Of a stretch of 64,000 nt of DNA, positions 47,997-57,857 are shown piece after piece (positions within the stretch are counted from its first letter, which is position 1; every line of letters begins with the position of its first letter). The stretch comes from Candidatus Brocadiia bacterium (GTDB taxonomy: Bacteria; Planctomycetota; Brocadiia; CAIUPP01). The notes below the pieces were generated by a model. The model did not search any database. It was not told the DNA's origin and saw only the letters and a program-made list of their open reading frames with translations. A program made the position numbers and the translations under genes. The stretch covers positions 32,001-96,000 of the forward strand of contig JBEKCB010000006.1 of NCBI GenBank assembly GCA_050015075.1, given 5' to 3'.

Positions 47997-49223
47997 ATGG
48001 TGAAGCTCGTCCTCGCGTATTCCGGCGGGTTGGATACATCCGTCATCCTTCACTGGCTGCGGACGCGGAAGCACTTCGACGTGATCGCCTTCGCGGCCGA
48101 CCTGGGCCAGGGAGACGACCTGAAACTCACGGCCAAGCGCGCGCTCGCCACGGGCGCCTCGGCCGTTTTCGTCCAGGATCTGTGCGAGCCCTTCGTTCAG
48201 GACTACGTCTTTCCCGCGCTCCAGGCCAACGCGGTCTATGAGAACGGCTACCCGCTGAACACCGCGCTCGGGCGGCCGCTGATCGCGCAGGAGCTGGTGC
48301 GCATCGCCCTCAAGCACAAGTGCACCACGGTCGCGCACGGCTGCACCGCCAAGGGCAACGACCAGGTCCGCTTCGAGGCGGGCGTCGCCGCGCTCGCGCC
48401 CCACCTGAAGGTCCTCGCGCCGGTCCGTGAATGGGAATTCAAGAGCCGCGAGGAAGAGGTGGACTACGCCCTCAAGCACCACATCGCAGTGCCCGTCACG
48501 CGCAAGTCGCCCTACTCGATTGACCGGAACCTCTGGGGCGCCAGCATCGAGTGCGGCGAACTCGAAGATCCCTGGCGCGCGCCGCCGCGCGACGCGTACC
48601 TGATGACCCGCCCGCCCGAGGCGGCGCCCAACCAGGCCGCCGAGATCGAGATTGCCTTCGAGGGCGGTATTCCCGTCGCGCTCGACGGCCGCGCGACCGG
48701 CGGGGTCAAGCTGATTCAAACGCTCAACGAGATCGGCGGCGAACACGCGGTCGGCCGGCTGGACATGATCGAGAACCGGGTCGTCGGCATCAAGTCGCGC
48801 GAGGTCTACGAGGCCCCTGCCGCGACGATCCTGCTCGCCGCGCACCGGGGACTCGAGGAGATCACGCTGAGCCGCGACGTGGCCCGGCAGAAAACCTATC
48901 TCTCGCAGATCTTCAGCGACATCATCTACTCCGGCCGGTGGTTCACCGACCTGCGCGAGGCGCTGGTGGCTTTCATGGGCGTCACGCAGAAGTACGTCAC
49001 CGGCACGGTGCGCGTCCGGCTCTACAAAGGCCAGTGCGTGGTCACGGGCCGGCGCTCGCCGTATTCGCTCTACGAGAAAAAACTCGCCACCTACGGCGCC
49101 GGCGACGCGTTCCAGCACGGCGCCGCCCAGGGCTTCCTGGAGATCTTCAACCTCGACATCAAAGCGCAGGGTTTCCGGCGCGAGCGCTACCTGGCGAGCC
49201 GCGGCAAAAGGCGAAAAGCATGA
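47997..49223 (+). CDS. argG: Argininosuccinate synthase
   Basis: LAYSGGLDTS, HGCTAKGNDQVRFE, SIDRNLWG, GIKSREVYEAP. Confidence 0.97.
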   Translation: MVKLVLAYSGGLDTSVILHWLRTRKHFDVIAFAADLGQGDDLKLTAKRALATGASAVFVQDLCEPFVQDYVFPALQANAVYENGYPLNTALGRPLIAQELVRIALKHKCTTVAHGCTAKGNDQVRFEAGVAALAPHLKVLAPVREWEFKSREEEVDYALKHHIAVPVTRKSPYSIDRNLWGASIECGELEDPWRAPPRDAYLMTRPPEAAPNQAAEIEIAFEGGIPVALDGRATGGVKLIQTLNEIGGEHAVGRLDMIENRVVGIKSREVYEAPAATILLAAHRGLEEITLSRDVARQKTYLSQIFSDIIYSGRWFTDLREALVAFMGVTQKYVTGTVRVRLYKGQCVVTGRRSPYSLYEKKLATYGAGDAFQHGAAQGFLEIFNLDIKAQGFRRERYLASRGKRRKA

Positions 49224-50464
49224 ACGCCGAGGTGCTCTCGATCGGCAGCGAGTTGATGGCCGGGCGCATCGCCGATACGAACGCGGCGTTTCTCTCCGAG
49301 CAACTCCAGTTGCTCGGCTTCGACGTCGTCCGGCACACCACCGTCGGCGACCGCCGGGCGGACATCCGCGCGGCGATCGAGGAGATTGCGCCGCGGGCCG
49401 ACCTGGTTCTCGTGACCGGCGGACTGGGACCGACGCGCGACGATCCTACCCGCGAATCCTTCGCCGCCGCCTGCGGCGCGGACCTGGTCGAAGACCCCGA
49501 GAGCACGCGCCGCATCCGCGAGATGTTCGCCGCCCGCCACGCTCCGGTCGGCCCTTCCAACCTCAGCCAGGCGTATTTCCCGCGCGGCGGCGAGGTGCTC
49601 CGCAACTCGACCGGCACGGCGGCGGGATTCGCCGTCCGGCTCGGCCGCTGCCGCTTCTTCTGCATGCCCGGCGTGCCCTCCGAGATGAAAGTGATGTTCC
49701 GCGAGTCGGTCGAGCCGCAACTGCGCTCCGCCGCCGGCCGCGCCACGCTGGTGCGGTCGCTGCACATCTTCGGCCTGGGCGAATCCACCGTCGGGGAGCG
49801 GCTCTTCGATTTGATGGCCGAAGACCACAACCCCGAGGTGGCGACGCAGGTGCATGACGGCCTCATCACGCTGCGCCTGACCGCGACGGACTCCGGCGAG
49901 GCCGCCGCGCGCCGGCGCCTGGACGAGGCGGAAACGCAGGTCCGCGCCCGCCTCGGCAGCACCATCTTCGGCGCCGACGAGACGGCCACGCTCCAGGCCG
50001 CCGTCGCGGCGCTCCTCCAGCGGACCGGGCTGAAGGTCGCCTTCGCGGAATCCTGCACCGGCGGCGAACTCTCCGCGCGCCTGACCGACGTTCCGGGCAT
50101 CAGCGCCTTCCTGCTGGAATCGGCGGTGACCTACAGCAACGAGTCGAAGATCCGCCGGCTGGGAGTGCCGCCCGAGGTGATTGAGCGCGAAGGCGCCGTG
50201 AGCGCCGCAACCGCCGAGGCGATGGCGCGCGGCATGCGCGCGACTTCCGGCGCCGATGTCGCCCTGGGCGTGACCGGCATCGCCGGGCCGGACGGCGGAA
50301 CCGCCGCCAAGCCCGTCGGTCTGGTCTATATCGCGCTGGCCGACGCGGCCGGCGCGCGCGTGGAGGAAGCTCATTTCCGCGGGACGCGGCAGCAGATCAA
50401 GGACCGCGCCGCCAAGAGCGGCCTGAATATGCTGCGGCTTTATCTCGAAGGACACACAGCCTAA
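49220..50464 (+). CDS. cinA: Competence/damage-inducible protein A (NMN deamidase fusion)
   Basis: IGSELMAG..DTN, TGGLGPTRDD, AESCTGG, TGIAGPDGG. Confidence 0.93.
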   Translation: MNAEVLSIGSELMAGRIADTNAAFLSEQLQLLGFDVVRHTTVGDRRADIRAAIEEIAPRADLVLVTGGLGPTRDDPTRESFAAACGADLVEDPESTRRIREMFAARHAPVGPSNLSQAYFPRGGEVLRNSTGTAAGFAVRLGRCRFFCMPGVPSEMKVMFRESVEPQLRSAAGRATLVRSLHIFGLGESTVGERLFDLMAEDHNPEVATQVHDGLITLRLTATDSGEAAARRRLDEAETQVRARLGSTIFGADETATLQAAVAALLQRTGLKVAFAESCTGGELSARLTDVPGISAFLLESAVTYSNESKIRRLGVPPEVIEREGAVSAATAEAMARGMRATSGADVALGVTGIAGPDGGTAAKPVGLVYIALADAAGARVEEAHFRGTRQQIKDRAAKSGLNMLRLYLEGHTA

Positions 50465-50465
50465 A

Positions 50466-51215
50466 ATGGGTGAGAAATCAGACGACGGAAAAGTTCGCGT
50501 CCGCTGCACAGGCTGCGGCAAGAGGGTCAAGTACCCCGCGAACCACCCGGGCGGCACGTTCCGCTGCCCCATCTGCCATACGGTCATGGTCGCGCCGCTG
50601 GACGGCGCCAATGAGCTGACGCTCGAAGAGGAATCCCACTCCGGCATCATCGCCGCTGCGGCGTCGGCCCAGGTCACGAACGATTCCGACTCGGAGCCCG
50701 ACGCCGCCCCGAGCGCGCCGCCTCAGAAACCTCCCGCGATCGAGCGCGTGAATGCTTTCCTCGTCAGGGAAACCGAGCGCATCGGCCGGCTCTGCGAGGA
50801 AGTCGTCTCGAATTCGTTCATGCCGGGCGAGGAACAGGCGAACAAGCTGCGGGCGCTGCGGCACGCCAAGGCGGTGTACTTCAAGCGATACGTCGAAGCG
50901 GTCCTGAAAGACCTGGACAACGAACTCGCCGAGCTGCGCGACGATCCGGCGTCGGAAACTCAGACGGGGAAGAGCAAGATCAGCCGGTTGCTCCTGGAGA
51001 AGCGCGGGCTGGTGCTTTTCCTCAACGTCATGTTTGAGCTTCGGCCGGGCGCTTCGCCCGCTCGGAACGGCGCCACGCCCGATACTCGCGGTAGCGCTGC
51101 GGCACCGCCCACCACACCTTCTCAGCCAGCCGCTCAAACTCCGCGAAGCACTCCAGCCGCCGACCCTGCGCCAGATAGCAAAGGCCCAGGTAGTAATGGG
51201 TCTCCGTCATGCTGA
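50466..51215 (+). CDS. Hypothetical protein with N-terminal zinc finger
   Basis: CTGCGKRV...CPIC; starts 1 nt after the cinA stop. Confidence 0.7.
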   Translation: MGEKSDDGKVRVRCTGCGKRVKYPANHPGGTFRCPICHTVMVAPLDGANELTLEEESHSGIIAAAASAQVTNDSDSEPDAAPSAPPQKPPAIERVNAFLVRETERIGRLCEEVVSNSFMPGEEQANKLRALRHAKAVYFKRYVEAVLKDLDNELAELRDDPASETQTGKSKISRLLLEKRGLVLFLNVMFELRPGASPARNGATPDTRGSAAAPPTTPSQPAAQTPRSTPAADPAPDSKGPGSNGSPSC

Positions 51216-52146
51216 AGCCGGGCTCGGCGCCGGCGCGGAACTGCTCGAACGCCTGGTCAATGCGGCCGAGGGCGTAAAGCACTCTGCCTTCCGCGCGGCT
51301 GATTTCGGGAGTCGGCGCTGCCGGCGGGTTCTGCGGATCCGCCGCCAGCCGCTTCGCCTCGCTCAGTTCCCGGTCCGCCTCTTCGAGCCGCTCCACGTCG
51401 GCCAGGTGAGAAGCCAGCTCGATGCGCGCCTCCGGCGACTGGGGCGACTCGACGACGCGCTGCTGAGCGGCGCTCAAGGCGGCGTCGCGGCACTCCTTCA
51501 GCAACGCCGCTCCGGCCGGATGTCCGGGCTGCATCTCCATGACCATTTCGCCGTAGGAGGAGGCCCTGTCCAGGTTTCCCGCCTTTCGCGCCATCTCCCC
51601 GCGCCACAGCGCGTAGGCGATGCGCGGCCTGTCGAGCCACGGCGTGCGCCGCTCCTTGTCCACCAGGTCCACCGACCGCCCGCGCAGGTCCGTCTCGATC
51701 AGCGCGAGCAACTGCGCGAGGAACGGCGTGGAATCGGGAAGCTCTTCCGGGTTCAGCCGCTCGCGGGCCTCCTGCGAACCGGAGGCCCAGTCGTTGAGGA
51801 TGCGGTAGCTCCGCGCGAGTTCATTGTCGGGGCTCAGCACCAGCGCGCGGGCGAATTCCGCGCGCGCCGGCTCATATTCCGCCGCCTGGAAGAACGCCTG
51901 ACCGGCCAGCAGGTGGAACGCGGCGCTGTCGGGCCTCAGCTCGAGCGCCCGGCGCAGGTGCGGCGCCGCCTCGGCGAACCGGCCCGCCCTCGTCAGCGCC
52001 AGCCCGAGGTGCAGCAGCCCGGTGCCGAGGTCCGGATTGCGCCGCACCGCCTCTTCCAGGGCGGCCAGCGCCTCGTCCGACCGGCCCATCGCGGCCAGCC
52101 GCGCACCATCTCGCACGAGCCGGTCCGACTCCAGAAGTTCTTCCAA
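51028..52146 (-). CDS. Tetratricopeptide repeat protein
   Basis: Multiple TPRs (ALAALEEAVRRNP, HLRRALELRP, HYYLGLCY); TTG start inferred. Confidence 0.85.
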   Translation of the reverse strand: MEELLESDRLVRDGARLAAMGRSDEALAALEEAVRRNPDLGTGLLHLGLALTRAGRFAEAAPHLRRALELRPDSAAFHLLAGQAFFQAAEYEPARAEFARALVLSPDNELARSYRILNDWASGSQEARERLNPEELPDSTPFLAQLLALIETDLRGRSVDLVDKERRTPWLDRPRIAYALWRGEMARKAGNLDRASSYGEMVMEMQPGHPAGAALLKECRDAALSAAQQRVVESPQSPEARIELASHLADVERLEEADRELSEAKRLAADPQNPPAAPTPEISRAEGRVLYALGRIDQAFEQFRAGAEPGFSMTETHYYLGLCYLAQGRRLECFAEFERLAEKVWWAVPQRYREYRAWRRSERAKRPAEAQT

Positions 52147-52171
52147 GTTTCGCCTTTCTAACTCGTCTATC

Positions 52172-53434
52172 CTAGCCCTGTTTGATGAGCGCGATCGCCG
52201 CATCGGCCAGCAGGTCTCCCGCTTCCGGCGCCAGCCGGCTGCTGGAAATGAACGTTGTCTCGTATCCGCCGCGCTTGAAGGCCGCGCGGGTGGGCACGTA
52301 GCCGACCATGCCGTTGGCGTGGCCGACGACGAGCGCGCGCTTGGGATAGCACTCTTCCTTGATCCGCAGGCCGTGCTCGACGAAATATTCCGCCGGGATG
52401 CCCACGAACGCATATTCGTCCAGGAACAGCGCCTGCACCTCGGCTTTGTTGGTTTTCTCCCGGCGCATCTTCTCCAGCAGGCGCGGGGTGCCGGCCTCAT
52501 AGACCTCGTCGGAGCGGAAGCGCTGCGCGCCGAAGACCTTCCCTTTGAGTTCCGCCTCGGTGATCGGCCGGTACGGCAGTTCCAGCGTCCGGCGCGCCAT
52601 GCCGATGCGCACGGACGGACGATACGCGATGTCCCGCATGGCGGCCGCCGCGTCCTCGGCCAGAAGCCGGCCGAAATCGTCAATGGAATGGTCGTGCGGC
52701 TGCTGGAAAGGATCGCCGTGGTGCACATTGCCGCAGGCGCCGTTCAGGTACACGGTCACGGGCACGCCGCGGGCCTTCATCTCCTTCGCCAGGGCGCCGG
52801 GATAGCCGGCGGAGGCGGTCGTCGAGCCACCCTCGTGCGTGGGGTGGCAGGTGAAACACACCAGGCAGCCGAGCATGCGGCCGGCGCGGCTTCGAACGGC
52901 GGCGACGGCCACTTCCGGGTCAATCGGCCCCTCTCGGCAAAGAATGGTCTTCGGGTCGGCATTGACGTGCGTCTTGACCGTCCCGTCGCGCATAATGAAC
53001 CGGCGGTTGCGCGCGAGTTCCCATTCGAGCGCGTGGCCGAAGCCGATCTCGGCCTCGGCGCAGCCGGCCAGGGCCTGCCCGAACGCCGCGACCACCTTGC
53101 GCACCATATCCTCGATGTACGGCTCGTCGCGGGGCAGCGGCTCGACTCCTGACACCGCCGGCCCGGCGTGGTTATGCGTGGCGCAGACGAGGATGCGGTC
53201 GCCGGGGAAGCCGAACTGCGCCTCGACGCGCCGGCGGATATCGTTCACCTGCGTCCAGCGGATGCTCAGGAGGTCGAGCTGCACGAACGCGGCGCGCTGG
53301 CCTTCCGATTCGAAGACGGCGATGCGCGCGAAGAGCGGATCGCGGACTTTCTCGATCGTGATATCCTGCAGCCAGCCGATTTTTCGGGTGCCGATGGGCG
53401 GCGTGATGTCCGCCTCGGCGAAACCTGTACGCAG
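52172..53434 (-). CDS. Neutral/alkaline ceramidase-family hydrolase; probable CTG start
   Basis: GFAEADITPP, DPLFAR, ATHNHAGP, FTCHPT, GACGN, IPAEYF, GYVPT, GGYE. Confidence 0.85.
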   Translation of the reverse strand: MRTGFAEADITPPIGTRKIGWLQDITIEKVRDPLFARIAVFESEGQRAAFVQLDLLSIRWTQVNDIRRRVEAQFGFPGDRILVCATHNHAGPAVSGVEPLPRDEPYIEDMVRKVVAAFGQALAGCAEAEIGFGHALEWELARNRRFIMRDGTVKTHVNADPKTILCREGPIDPEVAVAAVRSRAGRMLGCLVCFTCHPTHEGGSTTASAGYPGALAKEMKARGVPVTVYLNGACGNVHHGDPFQQPHDHSIDDFGRLLAEDAAAAMRDIAYRPSVRIGMARRTLELPYRPITEAELKGKVFGAQRFRSDEVYEAGTPRLLEKMRREKTNKAEVQALFLDEYAFVGIPAEYFVEHGLRIKEECYPKRALVVGHANGMVGYVPTRAAFKRGGYETTFISSSRLAPEAGDLLADAAIALIKQG

Positions 53435-53475
53435 GGGACTTCCTCCTCCAAGACCGATCCGACGGACCGGCCGGA

Positions 53476-54732
53476 TTACCGGACCTGGTCCGTGTTCTCC
53501 ATGACTTTCCGGATGCCGCGCGCCGTGAGCTGCGCCACCTTCGGGCCGTTGGGCGCGCGCAGCGGCACCGTCATGCCGGTGTGCGAATCGCTGTGCTTCT
53601 GCGCCATCGGGTACTGCCGCAGGTCGTAGCTCACCTTCTGCGCGTGCGCGCAGGACCACGGACAGCCGTGGCCGTAGGCGTTCTTGGCCTGGAAGACCGT
53701 CATTGCCGGCAGGATGAACTTCTGCCAGACGCCGGTCTGCACGCCCTCGGCGTTGAGCGCCGCCACCAGCTTGTCACGGAAGGCGCTGGCGTCCTGTTCG
53801 TGTCCGAGGGCCTTCATGTCGAACCGGATGGTGTAATTGTACCAGTTGTGTCCGGCGCCCTTGTAGGCGGTCGGCAGGATGAGGTTGGGCGTGCCCTTGA
53901 GAGCCGCCGTAAGGGCCCGGGCGTTCTCCTTCAACGTCGCCTGGTACTTGTCCAGCTTCGTCAACTGGCTGCGGCCGAAAGCGGCGGTGAGATCAGCCAT
54001 GCGATACATCCAGCCGAGGGCGTAAGCGTGGTAGTCGCGCCGCTCGCGCGGCGTGCGCGTTTCGCCGAAAGACCAAAGTTGCGTGGCCTTCTTCAGCATT
54101 TCGTCATTGTCGGTGACGAACATTCCGCCCTCGCCCGCACAGAGGCATTTGTTCTGGTTGAAACTGAATGCGGCGCAATGTCCCCACGTGCCGACCTTGC
54201 GCCCCTTGAACGTCGCGCCATGCGCCTGGCAGGCGTCCTCGACGACCTTCAGCTTGTGCCTGCGGGCGATGGCCATGACCTTTTCCATGTTCATCGGCAG
54301 GCCGTGGAGATGGACGGCGATGATGGCCTTGGTCTTCTTCGTGATCGCGCGCTCGATCAGCGACTCGTCCATGTTGATCGTGTCGAAGTTGATGTCCACG
54401 AAAACCGGGATGGCGTTGTGGTGGAGGATGCAGGTGGCGGACGAGGACCAGGAGTAGGCCGTCACGATCACCTCGTCGCCGCAGCCGACGTCGCACGCGA
54501 CCAGCGCCATGTGCAGCGCCGCGGTGCCGGAGTTCGTGGCGACGGCGAATTTGTTGCCGTTCCACGCGGCGAACTCGGTCTGGAACGCCGCGCAGTTCTC
54601 GCCGAAGGCATGATTGCTGCCTTCGAGGGACGCCAGGACTCGTTTGCGATCCACGTTGTCTATCGGCGGCCAGTTCTTAACGGTCCCGTCCGGCACGGCC
54701 TTGCGACCGCCGTTAATCGCCAGTTTTTCCAT
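53476..54732 (-). CDS. DegT/DnrJ/EryC1/StrS-family aminotransferase
   Basis: NSGTAALH, VEDACQAHGA, FSFNQNKCLCAGEGG. Confidence 0.93.
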   Translation of the reverse strand: MEKLAINGGRKAVPDGTVKNWPPIDNVDRKRVLASLEGSNHAFGENCAAFQTEFAAWNGNKFAVATNSGTAALHMALVACDVGCGDEVIVTAYSWSSSATCILHHNAIPVFVDINFDTINMDESLIERAITKKTKAIIAVHLHGLPMNMEKVMAIARRHKLKVVEDACQAHGATFKGRKVGTWGHCAAFSFNQNKCLCAGEGGMFVTDNDEMLKKATQLWSFGETRTPRERRDYHAYALGWMYRMADLTAAFGRSQLTKLDKYQATLKENARALTAALKGTPNLILPTAYKGAGHNWYNYTIRFDMKALGHEQDASAFRDKLVAALNAEGVQTGVWQKFILPAMTVFQAKNAYGHGCPWSCAHAQKVSYDLRQYPMAQKHSDSHTGMTVPLRAPNGPKVAQLTARGIRKVMENTDQVR

Positions 54733-55624
54733 CGTTGTCACCTCTATTCCTTAATTTCTCGAACACCATACCGACATATCCCACGGCGCGGTCCGCATCG
54801 AGTTCGTTGAGGACCTCCGCGCTGGTGGTGTACTCGAGCACTCTTCCGGCCGTGGCGCCCATCGCGCGGGCGGCGGCCGTTGCGGCTGCCAGCGCGCCGG
54901 GACCGCAGGAGTTGAAGTGCTCCTGCGCCTCCGCGACGATCTCCTCCGCCTTCAGCGATTCCGCAAGGCTGATGACCCGCCGGTCGTTCGCGTGCATCCA
55001 GCCCATCGCCTTCGACAGCGGCCCGTGGTCGGGCGTGCCGTAATCCATCCCGTAGTGCGTCAAGTCGGTGCTCGCCACGACCATCACGCGCTTCGAGGCC
55101 TGGGCGACGGCCGCCGCGACCGCCTCGCCCATGCCTGCGGCCTCCGGCACCGGCGGCACGGCGATGGGCACGATCTTCGCGCCCGGCGACAGCGCCTGGA
55201 TGAAGGGCAATTGGACCTCGATGGAATGCTCCATGTCGTGCGCGGCGGCGGAAGAGAGGATCGAGCCGTGCGCGGCTTCCAGGATCGCGGAGGCGAGATC
55301 GGCGTCCACCGGAAGTTCTCCGAGCGGCGTCAGCCAACTGCCCGAAGGGAAGATTCCGCCTTTCCGCCCGTGCCACTGGTGCACCGCGCCGAGCAGAACA
55401 TAGGTTTCCGGTTTCGCGGCCGCGAGCGTTGCGAAGACCATGGCCGCCGTGCGCCCGGAGTACATCCATCCGGCGTGCGGAACGACGCCGCCCAGCAGCG
55501 TTCCCAGGTTCTTCGGCGGGACGTATCCAGCGACGTATTCGAGCGCGGTCTGTTTCAGGACGGTCGGCGACGCCTCATAAAACTGGCCCACTCGCACCGG
55601 CATTCGCACATCAGATCTCTTCAT
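54713..55624 (-). CDS. amrB: AmmeMemoRadiSam system protein B (MEMO1 family)
   Basis: GQFY, VPHAGWMYSG, EHSIEVQLPF, ASTDLTHYG, CGPG, VGY. Confidence 0.92.
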   Translation of the reverse strand: MKRSDVRMPVRVGQFYEASPTVLKQTALEYVAGYVPPKNLGTLLGGVVPHAGWMYSGRTAAMVFATLAAAKPETYVLLGAVHQWHGRKGGIFPSGSWLTPLGELPVDADLASAILEAAHGSILSSAAAHDMEHSIEVQLPFIQALSPGAKIVPIAVPPVPEAAGMGEAVAAAVAQASKRVMVVASTDLTHYGMDYGTPDHGPLSKAMGWMHANDRRVISLAESLKAEEIVAEAQEHFNSCGPGALAAATAAARAMGATAGRVLEYTTSAEVLNELDADRAVGYVGMVFEKLRNRGDNDGKTGD

Positions 55625-56615
55625 GGCGTCCTTGACCCCTTTCTGCGCCCGCTGCACCATGGGCTTTCAGCCAGGCGAAGTCGCCGATAGCGAAAAGCGC
55701 CTGGACGTGAACCAGCACCGCCGCCCCGAGAAAGACCCAACCGGAACCGCGGCCCATGGCCAGCGCCAACGCGCCATAGGCGAGCAACGCGCCGTGGCTC
55801 ACCGCCAGCGCCGCGGCGCGCTCATTGAACCCGCAGCGGATGAGTCCCATCGGCGGCCAGAGGACGTCCACGGCCTCGAGTTCCGGGCCGGACGCCGCAT
55901 GACCATCCCGGACGTTCCTCAGCGGCGCCGTGAGGCCGAACCGCCGCGCTTCCTTTCTTTCCCGGCCCGACTGCGCAAGTTGCTCGGTCGCCTCGACCCG
56001 CGCCGCGCGTCCTCGGCCCGCCCTCGCCGGCAACCGCGCGAAGACGCGCTCGACGGATTCCTTTTCGTACAGGCAGAGCGCTTGGGCGGCGAACAGCAGG
56101 TTGCTCCTGCCGGCGCCGCCGAACGGCGTCCCCGCCGCCTGCGCCAGCGCTTTTTCCGAGGACTCGCCCCACGCGCGCTCGAACTCTTCCGCGCCGCGCT
56201 CAACGGAACCGCTCAGCGGCAGCAACCCGAGCAGCGCAACCGAGCCGTCGAACTTCCGCAGAAGCCGCCGGGCGATCTTTCGGCAGTCTCGCGCCGGCAG
56301 ACCGGCGGCCTGTTGCGCCAGTTCACCCAGTTCGCCGGCCTTCGGCGACTCGAAGAACCCCGGCCCGCGGAAGTGCCGGACGATGCCCGCGACGATCCAC
56401 CACAAGATGTAGCCGGCGAGAAGCGCCAGCCCGATCGCCACCGCGTCAGTGGCCACTCGACGGACGGACAGGATCGCGGCGCCCACGGCAAACGCGAGAA
56501 CCCACGCCACCCAGGTAACCAGGACGCGGCGCGCCGCATGCGGAGAGACTTCGAGCACGCCTTGCCCGATGGCCATCAACAGCAGGACTGCGAGGAGTTC
56601 AATCGCAAGGAACAT
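55611..56615 (-). CDS. Hypothetical membrane protein
   Basis: TM helices at both ends; tightly packed between the PilT/PilU gene and amrB. Confidence 0.6.
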   Translation of the reverse strand: MFLAIELLAVLLLMAIGQGVLEVSPHAARRVLVTWVAWVLAFAVGAAILSVRRVATDAVAIGLALLAGYILWWIVAGIVRHFRGPGFFESPKAGELGELAQQAAGLPARDCRKIARRLLRKFDGSVALLGLLPLSGSVERGAEEFERAWGESSEKALAQAAGTPFGGAGRSNLLFAAQALCLYEKESVERVFARLPARAGRGRAARVEATEQLAQSGRERKEARRFGLTAPLRNVRDGHAASGPELEAVDVLWPPMGLIRCGFNERAAALAVSHGALLAYGALALAMGRGSGWVFLGAAVLVHVQALFAIGDFAWLKAHGAAGAERGQGRHEEI

Positions 56616-56632
56616 TGGAGATATCGCGTCCT

Positions 56633-57778
56633 TTAACTTTGTGGAGCTTCCTCGTCCGCCGGGCCGGACGGCCGCTGGGGTCGCGTGTCCACGCTCCGGG
56701 TTATTCCCTTCAACTCCAGCTTCAGGTCCTCCGGATTGTCCGCCGCGGCGAGGGCCTCTTCCTCGCTGATCAGGCCCTCGTCCATGAGATGCTTGAGCGA
56801 CTGGCCGAACGTCTGCGCGCCGTAATATGCGCCGTCGCGCAGCGCCGCCGGGAGTTGCCGCGTGCGCCCCTGCTGGAGCAGATCGCGCGTCGTCGGGGTC
56901 GCCATGAGCAGCTCCACGGCGGGCAGGCGCCCCGCCTCGCCGCTGCGCCGGAGCAGGCGCAGGCTGACGACTCCTTCGAGCACCATCGCCAGTTCAAGCC
57001 GGATGAGCGGATGCAGGTACGGAGGAAAGTATCCCATGATCCGCTCGACGGTCTGCACGGCATTGACTGTGTGCAGCGTGCTGAAAACCAGGTGCCCCGT
57101 CTCGGCGGCGCTCAGGGCGGCCTCCATCGTCTCCGCATCGCGCATTTCGCCGATGAGAATCACGTCCGGGCTCTGCCGGACGCAGTGCTTGAGCGCGGCG
57201 GTGAACGAATGGGTGTCCCGGCCGATTTCCCGCTGTTCGATGAGCGACCGCTTGTCCTGGTAGACATATTCGATCGGGTCTTCGATGGTCACGATGTGCC
57301 GGCGGAACGTGGAATTGATGTAGTCCACCATTGCGGCAAGGCAGGTGGATTTTCCGCTGCCCGCGACGCCCGTCACGAGCACGAGGCCGCGCCGCCGCGA
57401 GCAAAGGCTCTGGAGCGGGGAGACCGGCAGATTCAAATCCTCCAGACTGGGGATCGTCTTGAGGAGAAAGCGAAAAACCAGTCCCGCCTGACCGCGCTGC
57501 CGGAAGGCGTTGACTCGGAACCGCCCCAGTTCCGGCACCTCGTACGCCGCGTCCGCCTCGCCCTCGCTGTGGAACGCCTTCTGATCGTCTTCGTCCAGCA
57601 CCGTCGCCACGGCCTGCGTCATGAAGTCGGCGGCGACCACCTCAGCCCGCTGTTCCTTCGGAAGGATGTCGCGCCGCAGAAGCCCGTCCACTCGAAAAGC
57701 CGGCGGCGCGCCGGTCTTCAGGAAAAGGTCGGACGCACCCGCTTCGACCGTCGCCGTCAGCAGAGTCTGAAGTTCCAT
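56633..57778 (-). CDS. PilT/PilU-family type IV pilus retraction ATPase
   Basis: GASDL, GVAGSGKST, TIEDPIE, RQSPDVILIGEMRD, GHLVFSTLHT; AIRNLIRE motif is degenerate (TTRDLLQQ), so PilU-like. Confidence 0.92.
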   Translation of the reverse strand: MELQTLLTATVEAGASDLFLKTGAPPAFRVDGLLRRDILPKEQRAEVVAADFMTQAVATVLDEDDQKAFHSEGEADAAYEVPELGRFRVNAFRQRGQAGLVFRFLLKTIPSLEDLNLPVSPLQSLCSRRRGLVLVTGVAGSGKSTCLAAMVDYINSTFRRHIVTIEDPIEYVYQDKRSLIEQREIGRDTHSFTAALKHCVRQSPDVILIGEMRDAETMEAALSAAETGHLVFSTLHTVNAVQTVERIMGYFPPYLHPLIRLELAMVLEGVVSLRLLRRSGEAGRLPAVELLMATPTTRDLLQQGRTRQLPAALRDGAYYGAQTFGQSLKHLMDEGLISEEEALAAADNPEDLKLELKGITRSVDTRPQRPSGPADEEAPQS

Positions 57779-57857
57779 CGGTCTCCCGATCCATATAATT
57801 GGACGCGCCCCAGTGTACCGGCGCTCCGGTCAGACTGCAACGCGCCCGGCAGGCGCG

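Noticed and set aside
48551-49219. N-terminal extension of cinA to 637 aa
   Set aside because: Overlaps argG out of frame; the ATGA-coupled start at 49220 gives a normal CinA.
52147-52728. Upstream extension of the TPR ORF
   Set aside because: Lies in an alternative frame of the ceramidase-family gene; TPR-like sequence begins only after about 52146.
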